Shown here piece by piece: positions 41,904 to 54,100 of a stretch of DNA of 64,000 nt; the stretch's first letter is position 1, and every line of letters begins with the position of its first letter. The DNA lies in assembly GCA_964016885.1 (NCBI GenBank), contig OZ024748.1, positions 34,720,001 through 34,784,000 on the forward strand. Direction: 5' to 3'. The translations under genes and the position numbers were made by a program. Below the pieces are notes generated by a model that did no database searches, was not told where the DNA came from, and worked only from the letters and a program-made list of their open reading frames with translations. The stretch is from Eledone cirrhosa. Lineage: Eukaryota.

Positions 41904-44900
41904 TATTTCTTTTATTTGCCACTAGGGCATCAAAAGTGGGACAAGTACAAAGGGGGGAGTTTACACAAAAAGGCGTCCTCAATAAGGAGGAGGCAATAAC
42001 AAAATATAAAAATAAAATAAGATATAACAAAAAATAAAATTTTTAACAAAATCCTCAATAGAGAGGAGGCGCCTTGGGGGGTCGCACACACCCCCGAAAA
42101 AAGTGTGCAACCCTTCTCCTCAGGAGCACAGAGAAGGGGTGCTCCCTTGGTCTTTCATCTTCCTCACCTATAGTCTGATGTAGAGTGAAGGCCCATTCAC
42201 ACGGGCCATTCTCGCCACTTTCACCCATCTTTCATAGAAACGGCTGGGGTGCAGCACCTCTCTCTCCATCCTGATCCTTCTTCCGAAATGATATCGGAAG
42301 AAACGGACCAGTTGTTGGCCAGAGAGAAAGGTGCCCGACCTCAGTCCTTTCAGACGCGTCCACCATACAACCTCTTTCGCCATGGCTATTACGCACAGAA
42401 ACACCGCCTCTGCTTCATCTTTGAAGGGGGGAGGCGGCTTGATCATTACAATAGACTCGGTGGTCAACCGGATCGGTCCCACCCTTGACAGCAGTTGTTC
42501 GACATAGCCCCACAGATCGGCTACGCCCGAGCAGTGTACTAATGCGTGTGCAACGGTTTCCTCGTCGCACACGCATCTGGGACAGATCTTTTTGGCGGGG
42601 TCCCTACCCGGGCGCCCGTGTCTGTAGAGCCTTTCTCGAACGGGTAAAGCCCCTCGGTAGCACTGCCAGGCCAGGGACTTCTGGAAGTTGTCCATAGGTC
42701 CCGGGCTGAATGTCCTACCGAACAGGCTGGCCAGTTCGTCCTCCTCCATGTCTAGGGCTTCTCCGAGGGCGTCGTCGCACCTGCTGCGCACCAGCCCTCT
42801 ATAGAATGTTGCGGTGGAGTCTCCACTGATAACCGGATCCGCCTGCCAGAGGGCGGTGAGCGCCTGGGCACACTCAGTGTGCCAGGCGCCCAGTTTTCTC
42901 GGTCTTTGCTTGACCCAGGATTGCAGCTCGGTGAGTGAGACGAGTCTGGGAAAGGTTCGTCTCACAAACGAGGCCCACACCGGTTGTCCGGTGAGGAATA
43001 CGTAGAGGTGCCGTAGCCTTAATGCGTGTTTACGCATCATTAGCCACGGCATCCCCAGCCCTCCTTTCGAAGGGTGTTGACAGCAGATGGATCTCCTCAC
43101 CATAGGAGCCCGCCTCTTCCAAAGGAATTGGAAGAGCGCGCGCTCCATCTTGGTGAGGGTTTCCCTTGGGCAGGGCACTACGGTCAGGCGGTAGTAGATG
43201 ACGGACGCTATGTAGGTGTTCGCCACCTCCGCCCGACCTTTCAGGGATAGTTTGCAACTGGCCCACTTCTGGGTCAGTGCAAACACCCTGTTCGTAACCT
43301 CCGCCCAGTTTTTCTCCACCTGGAGGTCCGGTCCGAACCAGACCCCGAGCAACTTCACCGGGCCCTCCGTCCAGCGTCCGACGACGCTATCGGAGGGCAT
43401 CGGTCTGCCCCTCCACGTGCCGAGTTGCAAACCGATCGACTTGTCCCGGTTCAGCTTAGCCCCTGTGAACTTTTCGTACTCCTCCAGTAAGGTGCCGACC
43501 GCCTCGATTTCGGAGGCCGTCGACACCATTACTGTCACGTCATCGGCGTAGGCCGACACCGCTTTCCGCAATCCCGGTTCCAAAGGGATGCCCTGCAACA
43601 ACTCCAACTTCCGCAGTAGTGGCTCGAGAGTCAACACATACAGAAGGGAGGAGAGAGGGCACCCTTGTCGGATGGACCGCGCGATTTTGAACGGCTCCGA
43701 GAGGTAGCCGTTCACCTTGACCCTAGAGCAGATGCGGCTGCTGTGCATAGCAGTGATCCAGCCCCTGAAAACGGGTCCGAAGCCTGCCGCCGCTAGCACC
43801 GCATCCAGGTAACCATGGTCGACCCTATCGAACGCCTTAGATTGATCCAAGTTGATCAGAGCCCCACCAAAGCCGGGTTCGTTCCCAACCCTCTCTATGA
43901 TGTATCGCATGAGGTGGAGGTTGTCATGGATGGACCTGGACGGGATAGCGCATGTCTGCGCATCTCCCACCAGGTTGCCCACGACAAGCGCCAACCTCTT
44001 TGCTAGCACCTTGGCCAAAATCTGTAACTCTGTATTTAGCAGTGTTATGGGCCTGAAGTTACTTATTTCGTCCCCCTTGTTCTCGTCCTTCCTCACTAGC
44101 GTGACTACGCCCTTGGTCACAGTACAGGGAATTCTCCCGTTCTGTTGCCAGTTGCAGTAGACCGCCTCGAGGAGATCGGGGAACAAGTCCGGCATAGCTA
44201 GATATAATTCGTAAGGAAGACCATCGAGACCCGGGGATTTGCGTTTGCCGCATTGGCTCAGCACGTCCTCTATCTCAGCGGCCGAAATCGGCTCCTCGCA
44301 GGACTTCGCCTCCCTGTCCGAGAGGCGCGGCAGGCCGTCGAGGTATGGACCGAAGTCCACGTTCCCAACCGGCTCCCCGCCCCTCCCGAACAGTCGGGCA
44401 AAGTGCCTTTGAAAGGCCTCACACATCTGCTTAGGCTCAAGAATCGCCCGTCCATCCAGGTCTCGCAAAGACCGGATGGTGGATTTAGTTCCACTGTTGG
44501 CCTCTGTCACGCGGGCCCAGCTAACAGCTTTGGTCCCCTCGTTCCCTAGAGCACGTATTTTACTTCGGACAACGCAGCCTTCGTGCTTCGCGTCGAAAAA
44601 CTGGCTCAAAGCCGTTCTCGACGCTAGCACTCTGGCCACGTCGCCGCTTCTAATTGCCTCTTCTACTCTATCTATTAGCTCCCTTTCCTTCCTATTCCTA
44701 TCCGCAGCTAGAACCTTACTAAATTCTATCGAGACTACTCTAATCTCTCTCTTTAGAGATACCCACCACCTGCTGTTGACGATCGCTCCAGTCAACCGTT
44801 CCTTAACTAACGTACTAATCCGATTCCTGTAGGCTCTACTTGCCGGCAAGGACAAGTTGAGCTTCCAGTAACCGGGGCCCTGTCTATGAGTTCTGTCAAG

Positions 44901-45158
44901 GTTGACCATGCAGGTCACTAATTTGTGGTCTGAATAGCCAACAATGCGCATTTTTGGACAACTTAAAAAGTCCTTAGCCTTAATTCTAACTAAGAACCTA
45001 TCTAGGTACGACCTAGATGATCCGCTACGATTTGCCCAAGTCCAGGTTGGCGCAGTCGGAAAATCTAGTCGATATCTATCGGCCAGGTCAAATCGACCGA
45101 TTAACCCTTTGAGGCTATTACACCCCTCTCTATCGGGGCAGGCCCCTACGTAGTCCCA
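41904..45158 (-). mobile_element. Tx1-clade non-LTR retrotransposon copy D, 5'-truncated within the endonuclease
   Basis: 3' UTR with AATAAA next to (TCTA)n; homology to copies B and C stops at TAGTCCCA (45158), where the satellite begins. Confidence 0.95.
42168..45158 (-). CDS. Copy D ORF2 (partial APE, RT with intact YADD, C-terminal zinc motif), uninterrupted frame
   Basis: The 927-aa ORF extends in frame upstream (WDYVGACPD...SYLDR) to the satellite junction. Confidence 0.93.
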   Translation of the reverse strand, partial: WDYVGACPDREGCNSLKGLIGRFDLADRYRLDFPTAPTWTWANRSGSSRSYLDRFLVRIKAKDFLSCPKMRIVGYSDHKLVTCMVNLDRTHRQGPGYWKLNLSLPASRAYRNRISTLVKERLTGAIVNSRWWVSLKREIRVVSIEFSKVLAADRNRKERELIDRVEEAIRSGDVARVLASRTALSQFFDAKHEGCVVRSKIRALGNEGTKAVSWARVTEANSGTKSTIRSLRDLDGRAILEPKQMCEAFQRHFARLFGRGGEPVGNVDFGPYLDGLPRLSDREAKSCEEPISAAEIEDVLSQCGKRKSPGLDGLPYELYLAMPDLFPDLLEAVYCNWQQNGRIPCTVTKGVVTLVRKDENKGDEISNFRPITLLNTELQILAKVLAKRLALVVGNLVGDAQTCAIPSRSIHDNLHLMRYIIERVGNEPGFGGALINLDQSKAFDRVDHGYLDAVLAAAGFGPVFRGWITAMHSSRICSRVKVNGYLSEPFKIARSIRQGCPLSSLLYVLTLEPLLRKLELLQGIPLEPGLRKAVSAYADDVTVMVSTASEIEAVGTLLEEYEKFTGAKLNRDKSIGLQLGTWRGRPMPSDSVVGRWTEGPVKLLGVWFGPDLQVEKNWAEVTNRVFALTQKWASCKLSLKGRAEVANTYIASVIYYRLTVVPCPRETLTKMERALFQFLWKRRAPMVRRSICCQHPSKGGLGMPWLMMRKHALRLRHLYVFLTGQPVWASFVRRTFPRLVSLTELQSWVKQRPRKLGAWHTECAQALTALWQADPVISGDSTATFYRGLVRSRCDDALGEALDMEEDELASLFGRTFSPGPMDNFQKSLAWQCYRGALPVRERLYRHGRPGRDPAKKICPRCVCDEETVAHALVHCSGVADLWGYVEQLLSRVGPIRLTTESIVMIKPPPPFKDEAEAVFLCVIAMAKEVVWWTRLKGLRSGTFLSGQQLVRFFRYHFGRRIRMEREVLHPSRFYERWVKVARMARVNGPSLYIRL

Positions 45159-48100
45159 GTAGGAAGAGCTAGTAGCTGCTCCCTCAGTACTCAGGGAGAT
45201 TCAGCATCTAGAACACATCAGCTAGTAGTGAGAAGAACTGCAGTGAAGTAGGAATAGCTAGTAGCTGCTCCCACCCTCAGTACTCAGGGAGATTCAGCAT
45301 CTAGAACACGTCAGTTAGAATTGAGAACTGCAGTGAAGTAGGAATAGCTAGTAGCTGCTCCCTCTCTCAGTACTCAGGGAGATTCAGCATCTAGAACAAG
45401 TCAGTTAGAAGTGAGAAGAACTGCAGTGACGTAGGAATAGCTAGTAGCTCCTCCCTCAGTACTCAGGGAGATTCAGCATCTAGAACACGTCAGTTAGATG
45501 TGAGAAGAACTGCAGTGAAGTAGGAATTGCTAGTAGCTGCTCCTTCTCTCAGTACTCAGGGAGATTCAGTATCTACATTACATCATAGGAAGTGAGAAGA
45601 ACTGCAGTGAAGTAGGAATAGCTAATAGCTGCTCCCTCTCTCAGTACTCAGGGAGATTCAGCATCTAGAATACGTGAGTTAGAAATGAGAACTGCAGTGA
45701 AGTAGGAATAGTTAGTAGCTGCTCCCACCCTCAGTACTCAGGGAGATTCAGCATCTAGAACACGTCAGTTAGAAGTGAGAAGAACTGCAGTGAAGTAGGA
45801 ATAGCTAGTAGATGCTCTCTCAGTACTCAGGGAGATTCAGCATCTAGAACACATCAGTTAAAATTGAGAAGAACTGCAGTGAAGTAGGAATAGCTAGTAG
45901 CTGCTCGGTCAGTACTCAGGGAGATTCAGCATCTAGAACACGTCAGTTAGAAGTGAGAAGTACTGCAGTGAAGTAGGAAGAGCTAATAGCTGCTCCCACC
46001 CTCAGTACTCAGGGAGATTCAGCATCTAGAACACGTCAGTTAGAAGTGAGAAGAACTGCAGTGAAATAGGAATAGCTAGTAGCTGCTCCCTCAGTACTCA
46101 GGGAGATTCAGCATCTAGAACACGTCAGTTAGAAGTGAGAAGAACTGCAGTGAAGTAGGAATAGCTAGTAGCTGCTCCCTCAGTACTCAGGGAGATTCAG
46201 CATCTAGAACACGTCAGTTAGAAGTGAGAAGAACTGCAGTGAAGTAGGAATAGCTAGTAGCTGCTTGGTCAGTACTCAGGGAGATTCAGCATCTAGAACA
46301 CATCAGTTAGAAGTGAGAAGAACTGCAGTGAAGTAGGAATAGCTAGTAGCTGCTCCCTCAGTACTCAGGGAGATTCAGAATCTAGAACACGTCATTTAAA
46401 AGTGAGAAGAACTGCAGTGAAGTAGGAATAGCTAATAGCTTCTCCCTCGGTACTCAGGGAGATTCAGCATCTAGAACACGTCATTTAGAAGTGAGAAGAA
46501 CTGCAGTGAAGTAGGAAGAGCTAGTAGCTGCTCCCTCTCTCAGTACTCAGGGAGATTCAGCATCTAGGACACGTCAGTTAGAAGTAAGAAGAACTGCAGT
46601 GAAGTAGGAAGAGCTAGTAGCTGCTCCCTCAGTACTCAGGGAGATTCAGCATCTACATCACATCATTAGAAGTGAGAAGAACTGCAGTGAAGTAGGAATA
46701 GCTAGTAGCTGCTCCCTCAGTACTCAGGGAGATTCAGCATCTACATCACATCGATAGAAGTGAGAAGAACTGCAGTGAAGTAGGAATAGCTAGTAGCTGC
46801 TCGCTCAGTACTCAGGGAGATTCAGCATCTACATCACATCATTAGATTCAGCATCTAGAATACGTCAGTTAAAAGTGAGAAGAACTGCAGTGAAGTAGGA
46901 ATAGCTAGTAGCTGCTGCCTCAGTACTCAGGGAGATTCAGCATCTAGAACACGTCAGTTAGTAGTGAGAAGAACTGCAGTGAAGTAGGAATAGCTAGTAG
47001 CTGCTCCCACCCTCAGTACTCAGGGAGATTCAGCATCTAGAACACGTCAGTTAGAAGTGAGAAGAACTGCAGTGAAGTAGGAATAGCTAGTAGCTGCTCC
47101 CTCAGTACTCAGGGAGATTCAGCATCTAGAACACGTCAGTTAGATGTGAGAAGAACTGCAGTGAAGTAGGAATTGCTAGTAGCTGCTCGGTCAGTACTCA
47201 GGGAGATTCAGCATCTAGAACACGTCAGTTAGAAGTGAGAAGTACTGCAGTGAAGTAGGAAGAGCTAATAGCTGCTCCCACCCTCAGTACTCAGGGAGAT
47301 TCAGCATCTAGAACACGTCAGTTAGAAGTGAGAAGAACTGCAGTGAAATAGGAATAGCTAGTAGCTGCTCCCTCAGTACTCAGGGAGATTCAGCATCTAG
47401 AACACGTCAGTTAGAAGTGAGAAGAACTGCAGTGAAGTAGGAATAGCTAGTAGCTGCTCCCTCAGTACTCAGGGAGATTCAGCATCTAGAACACGTCAGT
47501 TAGAAGTGAGAAGAACTGCAGTGAAGTAGGAATAGCTAGTAGCTGCTTGGTCAGTACTCAGGGAGATTCAGCATCTAGAACACATCAGTTAGAAGTGAGA
47601 AGAACTGCAGTGAAGTAGGAATAGCTAGTAGCTGCTCCCTCAGTACTCAGGGAGATTCAGAATCTAGAACACGTCATTTAAAAGTGAGAAGAACTGCAGT
47701 GAAGTAGGAATAGCTAATAGCTTCTCCCTCGGTACTCAGGGAGATTCAGCATCTAGAACACGTCATTTAGAAGTGAGAAGAACTGCAGTGAAGTAGGAAG
47801 AGCTAGTAGCTGCTCCCTCTCTCAGTACTCAGGGAGATTCAGCATCTAGGACACGTCAGTTAGAAGTAAGAAGAACTGCAGTGAAGTAGGAAGAGCTAGT
47901 AGCTGCTCCCTCAGTACTCAGGGAGATTCAGCATCTACATCACATCATTAGAAGTGAGAAGAACTGCAGTGAAGTAGGAATAGCTAGTAGCTGCTCCCTC
48001 AGTACTCAGGGAGATTCAGCATCTACATCACATCGATAGAAGTGAGAAGAACTGCAGTGAAGTAGGAATAGCTAGTAGCTGCTCGCTCAGTACTCAGGGA

Positions 48101-51100
48101 GATTCAGCATCTACATCACATCATTAGATTCAGCATCTAGAATACGTCAGTTAAAAGTGAGAAGAACTGCAGTGAAGTAGGAATAGCTAGTAGCTGCTGC
48201 CTCAGTACTCAGGGAGATTCAGCATCTAGAACACGTCAGTTAGTAGTGAGAAGAACTGCAGTGAAGTAGGAATAGCTAGTAGCTGCTCCCACCCTCAGTA
48301 CTCAGGGAGATTCAGCATCTAGAACACGTCAGTTAGAAGTGAGAAGAACTGCAGTGAAGTAGGAATAGCTAGTAGCTGCTCCCTCAGTACTCAGGGAGAT
48401 TCAGCATCTAGAACACGTCAGTTAGAAGTGAGAAGAACTGCAGTGAAGTAGGAATAGCTAGTAGCTGCTTGGTCAGTACTCAGGGAGATTCAGCATCTAG
48501 AACACATCAGTTAGAAGTGAGAAGAACTGCAGTGAAGTAGGAATAGCTAGTAGCTGCTCCCTCAGTACTCAGGGAGATTCAGAATCTAGAACACGTCATT
48601 TAAAAGTGAGAAGAACTGCAGTGAAGTAGGAATAGCTAATAGCTTCTCCCTCGGTACTCAGGGAGATTCAGCATCTAGAACACGTCATTTAGAAGTGAGA
48701 AGAACTGCAGTGAAGTAGGAAGAGCTAGTAGCTGCTCCCTCTCTCAGTACTCAGGGAGATTCAGCATCTAGGACACGTCAGTTAGAAGTAAGAAGAACTG
48801 CAGTGAAGTAGGAAGAGCTAGTAGCTGCTCCCTCAGTACTCAGGGAGATTCAGCATCTACATCACATCATTAGAAGTGAGAAGAACTGCAGTGAAGTAGG
48901 AATAGCTAGTAGCTGCTCCCTCAGTACTCAGGGAGATTCAGCATCTACATCACATCGATAGAAGTGAGAAGAACTGCAGTGAAGTAGGAATAGCTAGTAG
49001 CTGCTCGCTCAGTACTCAGGGAGATTCAGCATCTACATCACATCATTAGATTCAGCATCTAGAATACGTCAGTTAAAAGTGAGAAGAACTGCAGTGAAGT
49101 AGGAATAGCTAGTAGCTGCTCCCTCAGTACTCAGGGAGATTCAGCATCTAGAACACATCAGTTAGTAGTGAGAAGAACTGCAGTGAAGTAGGAATAGCTA
49201 GTAGCTGCTCCCACCCTCAGTACTCAGGGAGATTCAGCATCTAGAACACGTCAGTTAGAAGTGAGAAGAACTGCAGTGAAGTAGGAATAGCTAGTAGCTG
49301 CTCCCTCAGTACTCAGGGAGATTCAGCATCTAGAACACATCAGTTAGTAGTGAGAAGAACTGCAGTGAAGTAGGAATAGCTAGTAGCTGCTCCCACCCTC
49401 AGTACTCAGGGAGATTCAGCATCTAGAACACGTCAGTTAGAATTGAGAACAACTGCAGTGAAGTAGGAATAGCTAGTAGCTGCTCCCTCTCTCAGTACTC
49501 AGGGAGATTCAGCATCTAGAACAAGTCAGTTAGAATTGAGAAGAACTGCAGTGAAATAGGAATAGCTAGTAGCTGCTCCCACCCTCAGTACTCAGGGAGA
49601 TTCAGCATCTAGAACACGTCAGTTAGAATTGAGAAGAACTGCAGTGAAGTAGGAATAGCTAGTAGCTGCTCCCACCCTCAGTACTCAGGGAGATTCAGCA
49701 TCTAGAACACGTCAGTTAGAAGTGAGAAGAACTGCAGTGATGTAGGAATAGCTAGTAGCTGCTCCCTCAGTACTCAGGGAGATTCAGCATCTAGAACACG
49801 TCAGTTAGATGTGACAAGAACTGCAGTGAAGTAGGAATTGCTAGTAGCTGCTCCTTCTCTCAGTACTCAGGGAGATTCAGAATCTAGAACACGTCATTTA
49901 GAAGTGAGAAGAACTGCAGTGAAGTAGGAATAGCTAATAGCTTCTCCCTCAGTACTCAGGGAGATTCAGCATCTAGAACACGTCATTTAGAAGTGAGAAG
50001 AACTGCAGTGAAGTAGGAATAGCTAGTAGCTGCTCCCACCCTCAGTACTCAGGGAGATTCAGCATCTAGAACACGTCAGTTATAATTGAGAAGAACTGCA
50101 GTGAAGTAGGAATAGCTAGTAGCTGCTCCCTCTATCAGTACTCAGGGAGATTCAGCATCTAGAACAAGTCAGTTAGAAGTGAGAAGAACTGCAGTGACGT
50201 AGGAATAGCTAGTAGCTGCTCCCTCAGTACTCAGGGAGATTCAGCATCTAGAACACGTCAGTTAGATGTGAGAAGAACTGCAGTGAAGTAGGAATTGCTA
50301 GTAGCTGCTCCTTCTCTCAGTACTCAGGGAGATTCAGTATCTACATTACATCATAGGAAGTGAGAAGAACTGCAGTGAAGTAGGAATAGCTAATAGCTGC
50401 TCCCTCTCTCAGTACTCAGGGAGATTCAGCATCTAGAATACGTGAGTTAGAAATGAGAACTGCAGTGAAGTAGGAATAGCTAGTAGCTGCTCCCACCTTC
50501 AGTACTCAGGGAGATTCAGCATCTAGAACACGTCAGTTAGAAGTGAGAAGAACTGCAGTGAAGTAGGAATAGCTAGTAGCTGCTCCCTCAGTACACGGGG
50601 AGATTCAGCATCTAAAACACATCAGTTAAAATTGAGAAGAACTGCAGTGAAGTAGGAATAGCTAGTAGCTGCTCCCACCCTCAGTACTCAGGGAGATTCA
50701 GCATCTAGAACACGTCAGTTAGAAGTGAGAAGAACTGCAGTGAAATAGGAATAGCTAGTAGTTGCTCCCTCAGTACTCAGGGAGATTCAGCATCTAGAAC
50801 ACGTCAGTTAGAAGTGAGAAGAACTGCAGTGAAGTAGGAATAGCTAGTAGCTGCTCCCTCAGTACTCAGGGAGATTCAGCATCTAGAACACGTCAGTTAG
50901 AAGTGAGAAGAACTGCAGTGAAGTAGGAATAGCTAGTAGCTGCTTGGTCAGTACTCAGGGAGATTCAGCATCTAGAACACATCAGTTAGAAGTGAGAAGA
51001 ACTGCAGTGAAGTAGGAATAGCTAGTAGCTGCTCCCTCAGTACTCAGGGAGATTCAGAATCTAGAACACGTCATTTAGAAGTGAGAAGAACTGCAGTGAA

Positions 51101-54100
51101 GTAGGAATAGCTAATAGCTTCTCCCTCAGTACTCAGGGAGATTCAGCATCTAGAACACGTCATTTAGAAGTGAGAAGAACTGCAGTGAAGTAGGAAGAGC
51201 TAGTAGCTGCTCCCTCAGCACTCAGGGAGATTCAGCATCTAGGACACGTCAGTTAGAAGTAAGAAGAACTGCAGTGAAGTAGGAAGAGCTAGTAGCTGCT
51301 CCCTCAGTACTCAGGGAGATTCAGAATCTACATCACATCATTAGATTCAGCATCTAGAACACGTCAGTTAAAAGTGAGAAGAACTGCAGTGAAGTAGGAA
51401 TAGCTAGTAGCTGCTCCCTCAGTACTCAGGGAGATTCAGCATCTAGAACACATCAGTTAGTAGTGAGAAGAACTGCAGTGAAGTAGGAATAGCTAGTAGC
51501 TGCTCCCTCTCTCAGTACTCAGGGAGATTCAGCATCTAGAACAAGTCAGTTAGAATTGAGAAGAACTGCAGTGAAGTAGGAATAGCTAGTAGCTGCTCCC
51601 TCTCTCAGTACTCAGGGAGATTCAGCATCTAGAACAAGTCAGTTAGAATTGAGAAGATCTGCAGTGAAGTAGGAATAGCTAGTAGCTGCTCCCTCCCCTA
51701 GTATTCAGGGAGATTCAGCATCTAGAACACGTCAGTTAGAAGTGAGAAGAACTGCAGTGAAGTAGGAATAGCTAGTAGCTGCTCCCACCCTCAGTACTCA
51801 TGGAGATTCAGCATCTAGAACACGTCAGTTACATGTGAGAAGAACTGCAGTGAAGTAGGAATAGCTAGTAGCGGCTCCTTCTCTCAGTACTCAGGGAGAT
51901 TCAGTATCTACATTACATCATAGGAAGTGAGAAGATCTGCAGTGAAGTAGGAATAGCTAATAGCTGCTCCCTCTCTCAGTACTCAGGGAGATTCAGCATC
52001 TAGAACACATCAGTTAGAAGTGAGAAGAACTGCAGTGATTTAGGAATAGCTAGTAGCTGCTCGGTCAGTACTCAAGGAGATTCAGAATCTAGAACACGTC
52101 ATTTAGAAGTGAGAAGAACTGCAGTGAAGTAGGAATAGCTAATAGCTTCTCCCTCAGTACTCAGGGAGATTCAGCATCTAGAACACGTCATTTAGAAGTG
52201 AGAAGAACTGCAGTGAAGTAGGAAGTGCTAGTAGCTGCTCCCTCAGTACTCAGGGAGATTCAGCATCTAGGACACGTCAGTTACAAGTAAGAAGAACTGC
52301 AGTGAAGTAGGAAGAGATAGTAGCTGCTCCCTCAGTACTCAGGGAGATTCAGCATCTACATCACATCATTAGATTCAGCATCTAGAACACGTCAGTTAGA
52401 AGTGAGAAGAACTGCAGTGAAGTAGGAATAGCTAGTAGCTGCACCCTCAGTACTCAGGGAGATTCAGCATCTACATCACATCGATAGAAGTGAGAAGAAC
52501 TGCAGTGAAGTAGGAATAGCTAGTAGCTGCTCGCTCAGTACTCAGGGAGATTCAGCATCTACATCACATCATTAGATTCAGCATCTAGAACACGTCAGTT
52601 AAAAGTGAGAAGAACTGCAGTGAAGTAGGAATAGCTAGTAGCTGCTCCCTCAGTACTCAGGGAGATTCAGCATCTAGAACACATCAGTTAGTAGTGAGAA
52701 GAACTGCAGTGAAGTAGGAATAGCTAGCAGCTGCTCCCACCATCAGTACTCAGGGAGATTCAGCATCTAGAACACGTCAGTTGGAATTGAGAAGAACTGC
52801 AATGAAGTAGGAATAGCTAGTAGCTGCTTCCTCTCTCAGTACTCAGGGAGATTCAGCATCTAGAACAAGTCAGTTAGAAGTGAGAAGAACTGCAGTGATG
52901 TAGGAATAGCTAGTAGCTGCTCCCTCCCTCAGAGCTCAGGGAGATTCAGCATCTAGAACAAGTCAGTTAGAAGTGAGAAGGACTGCGGTAAAGTAGGAAT
53001 AGCTAGTAGCTGCTCCCTCAGTACTCAGGGAGATTCAGTATCTAGAAAACGTCAGTTAGAAGTGAGAAGGACAGCAGTGTAGTAGGAATAGCTAGTAGCT
53101 GCTCCCTCCCTTAGAACTCAGGGAGATTCAGCATCTAGAACACGTCAGTTAGAAGTGAGAAGGACTGCAATGAAGTAGGAATAGCTAGTAGCTGCTCCCT
53201 CAGTACTCAGGGAGATTCAGCATCTAGAACACGTCAGTTAGAAGTGAGAAGGACTGCAGTGAACTAGGAATAGCTAGTAGCTGCTCCCTCCCTCAGAACT
53301 CAGGGAGATTCAGCATCTAGAACAAGTCAGTTAGAAGTGAGAAGAACTGCAGTGAAGTAGGAATGGCTAGTAGCTGCTGCCTCAGTACTCAGGGAGATTC
53401 AGCATCTAGAACACGTGAGTTAGAAATGAGAACTGCAGTGAAGTAGGAATAGCTAGTAGCTGATCCCACCCTCAGTACTCAGGGAGATTCAGCATCTAGA
53501 ACACGTCAGTTAGAAGTGAGAAGAACACCATTGAAGTAGGAATAGCTAGTAGCTTCTCCCTCCCTCAGAACTCAGGGAGATTCAGCATCTAGAACACGTC
53601 AGTTAGAAGTGAGAAGAACTGCAGTGAAGTACGAATAGCTAGTAGCTGTTCCCTCAGTACTCAGGGAGATTCAGCATCTAGATCACATCAGTTAGTAGTG
53701 AGAAGAACTGCAGTGAAGTAGGAATAGCTAGTAGCTGCTCCCTCAGTACTCAGGGAGATTCAGCATCTAGAAGACGTCAGTTAGAAGTGAGAAGAACTGC
53801 AGTGAAGTAGGAAGAGCTAGTAGCTGCTCCCTCAGTACTCAGGGAGATTCAGCATCTACATCACATCATTAGATTCAGCATCTAGAACACGTCAGTTAAA
53901 AGTGAGAAGAACTGCAGTGAAGTAGGAATGGCTAGTAGCTGCTCCCACCCCTAGTACTCAGGGAGAGTCAGCATCTAGAACACGTCAGTTAGAAGTGAGA
54001 AGAACTGCAGTGAAGTAGGAATAGCTAGTAGCTGCTCCCTCAGTACTCAGGGAGATTCAGCATCTAGAACACATCAGTTAAAATTGAGAAGAACTGCAGT

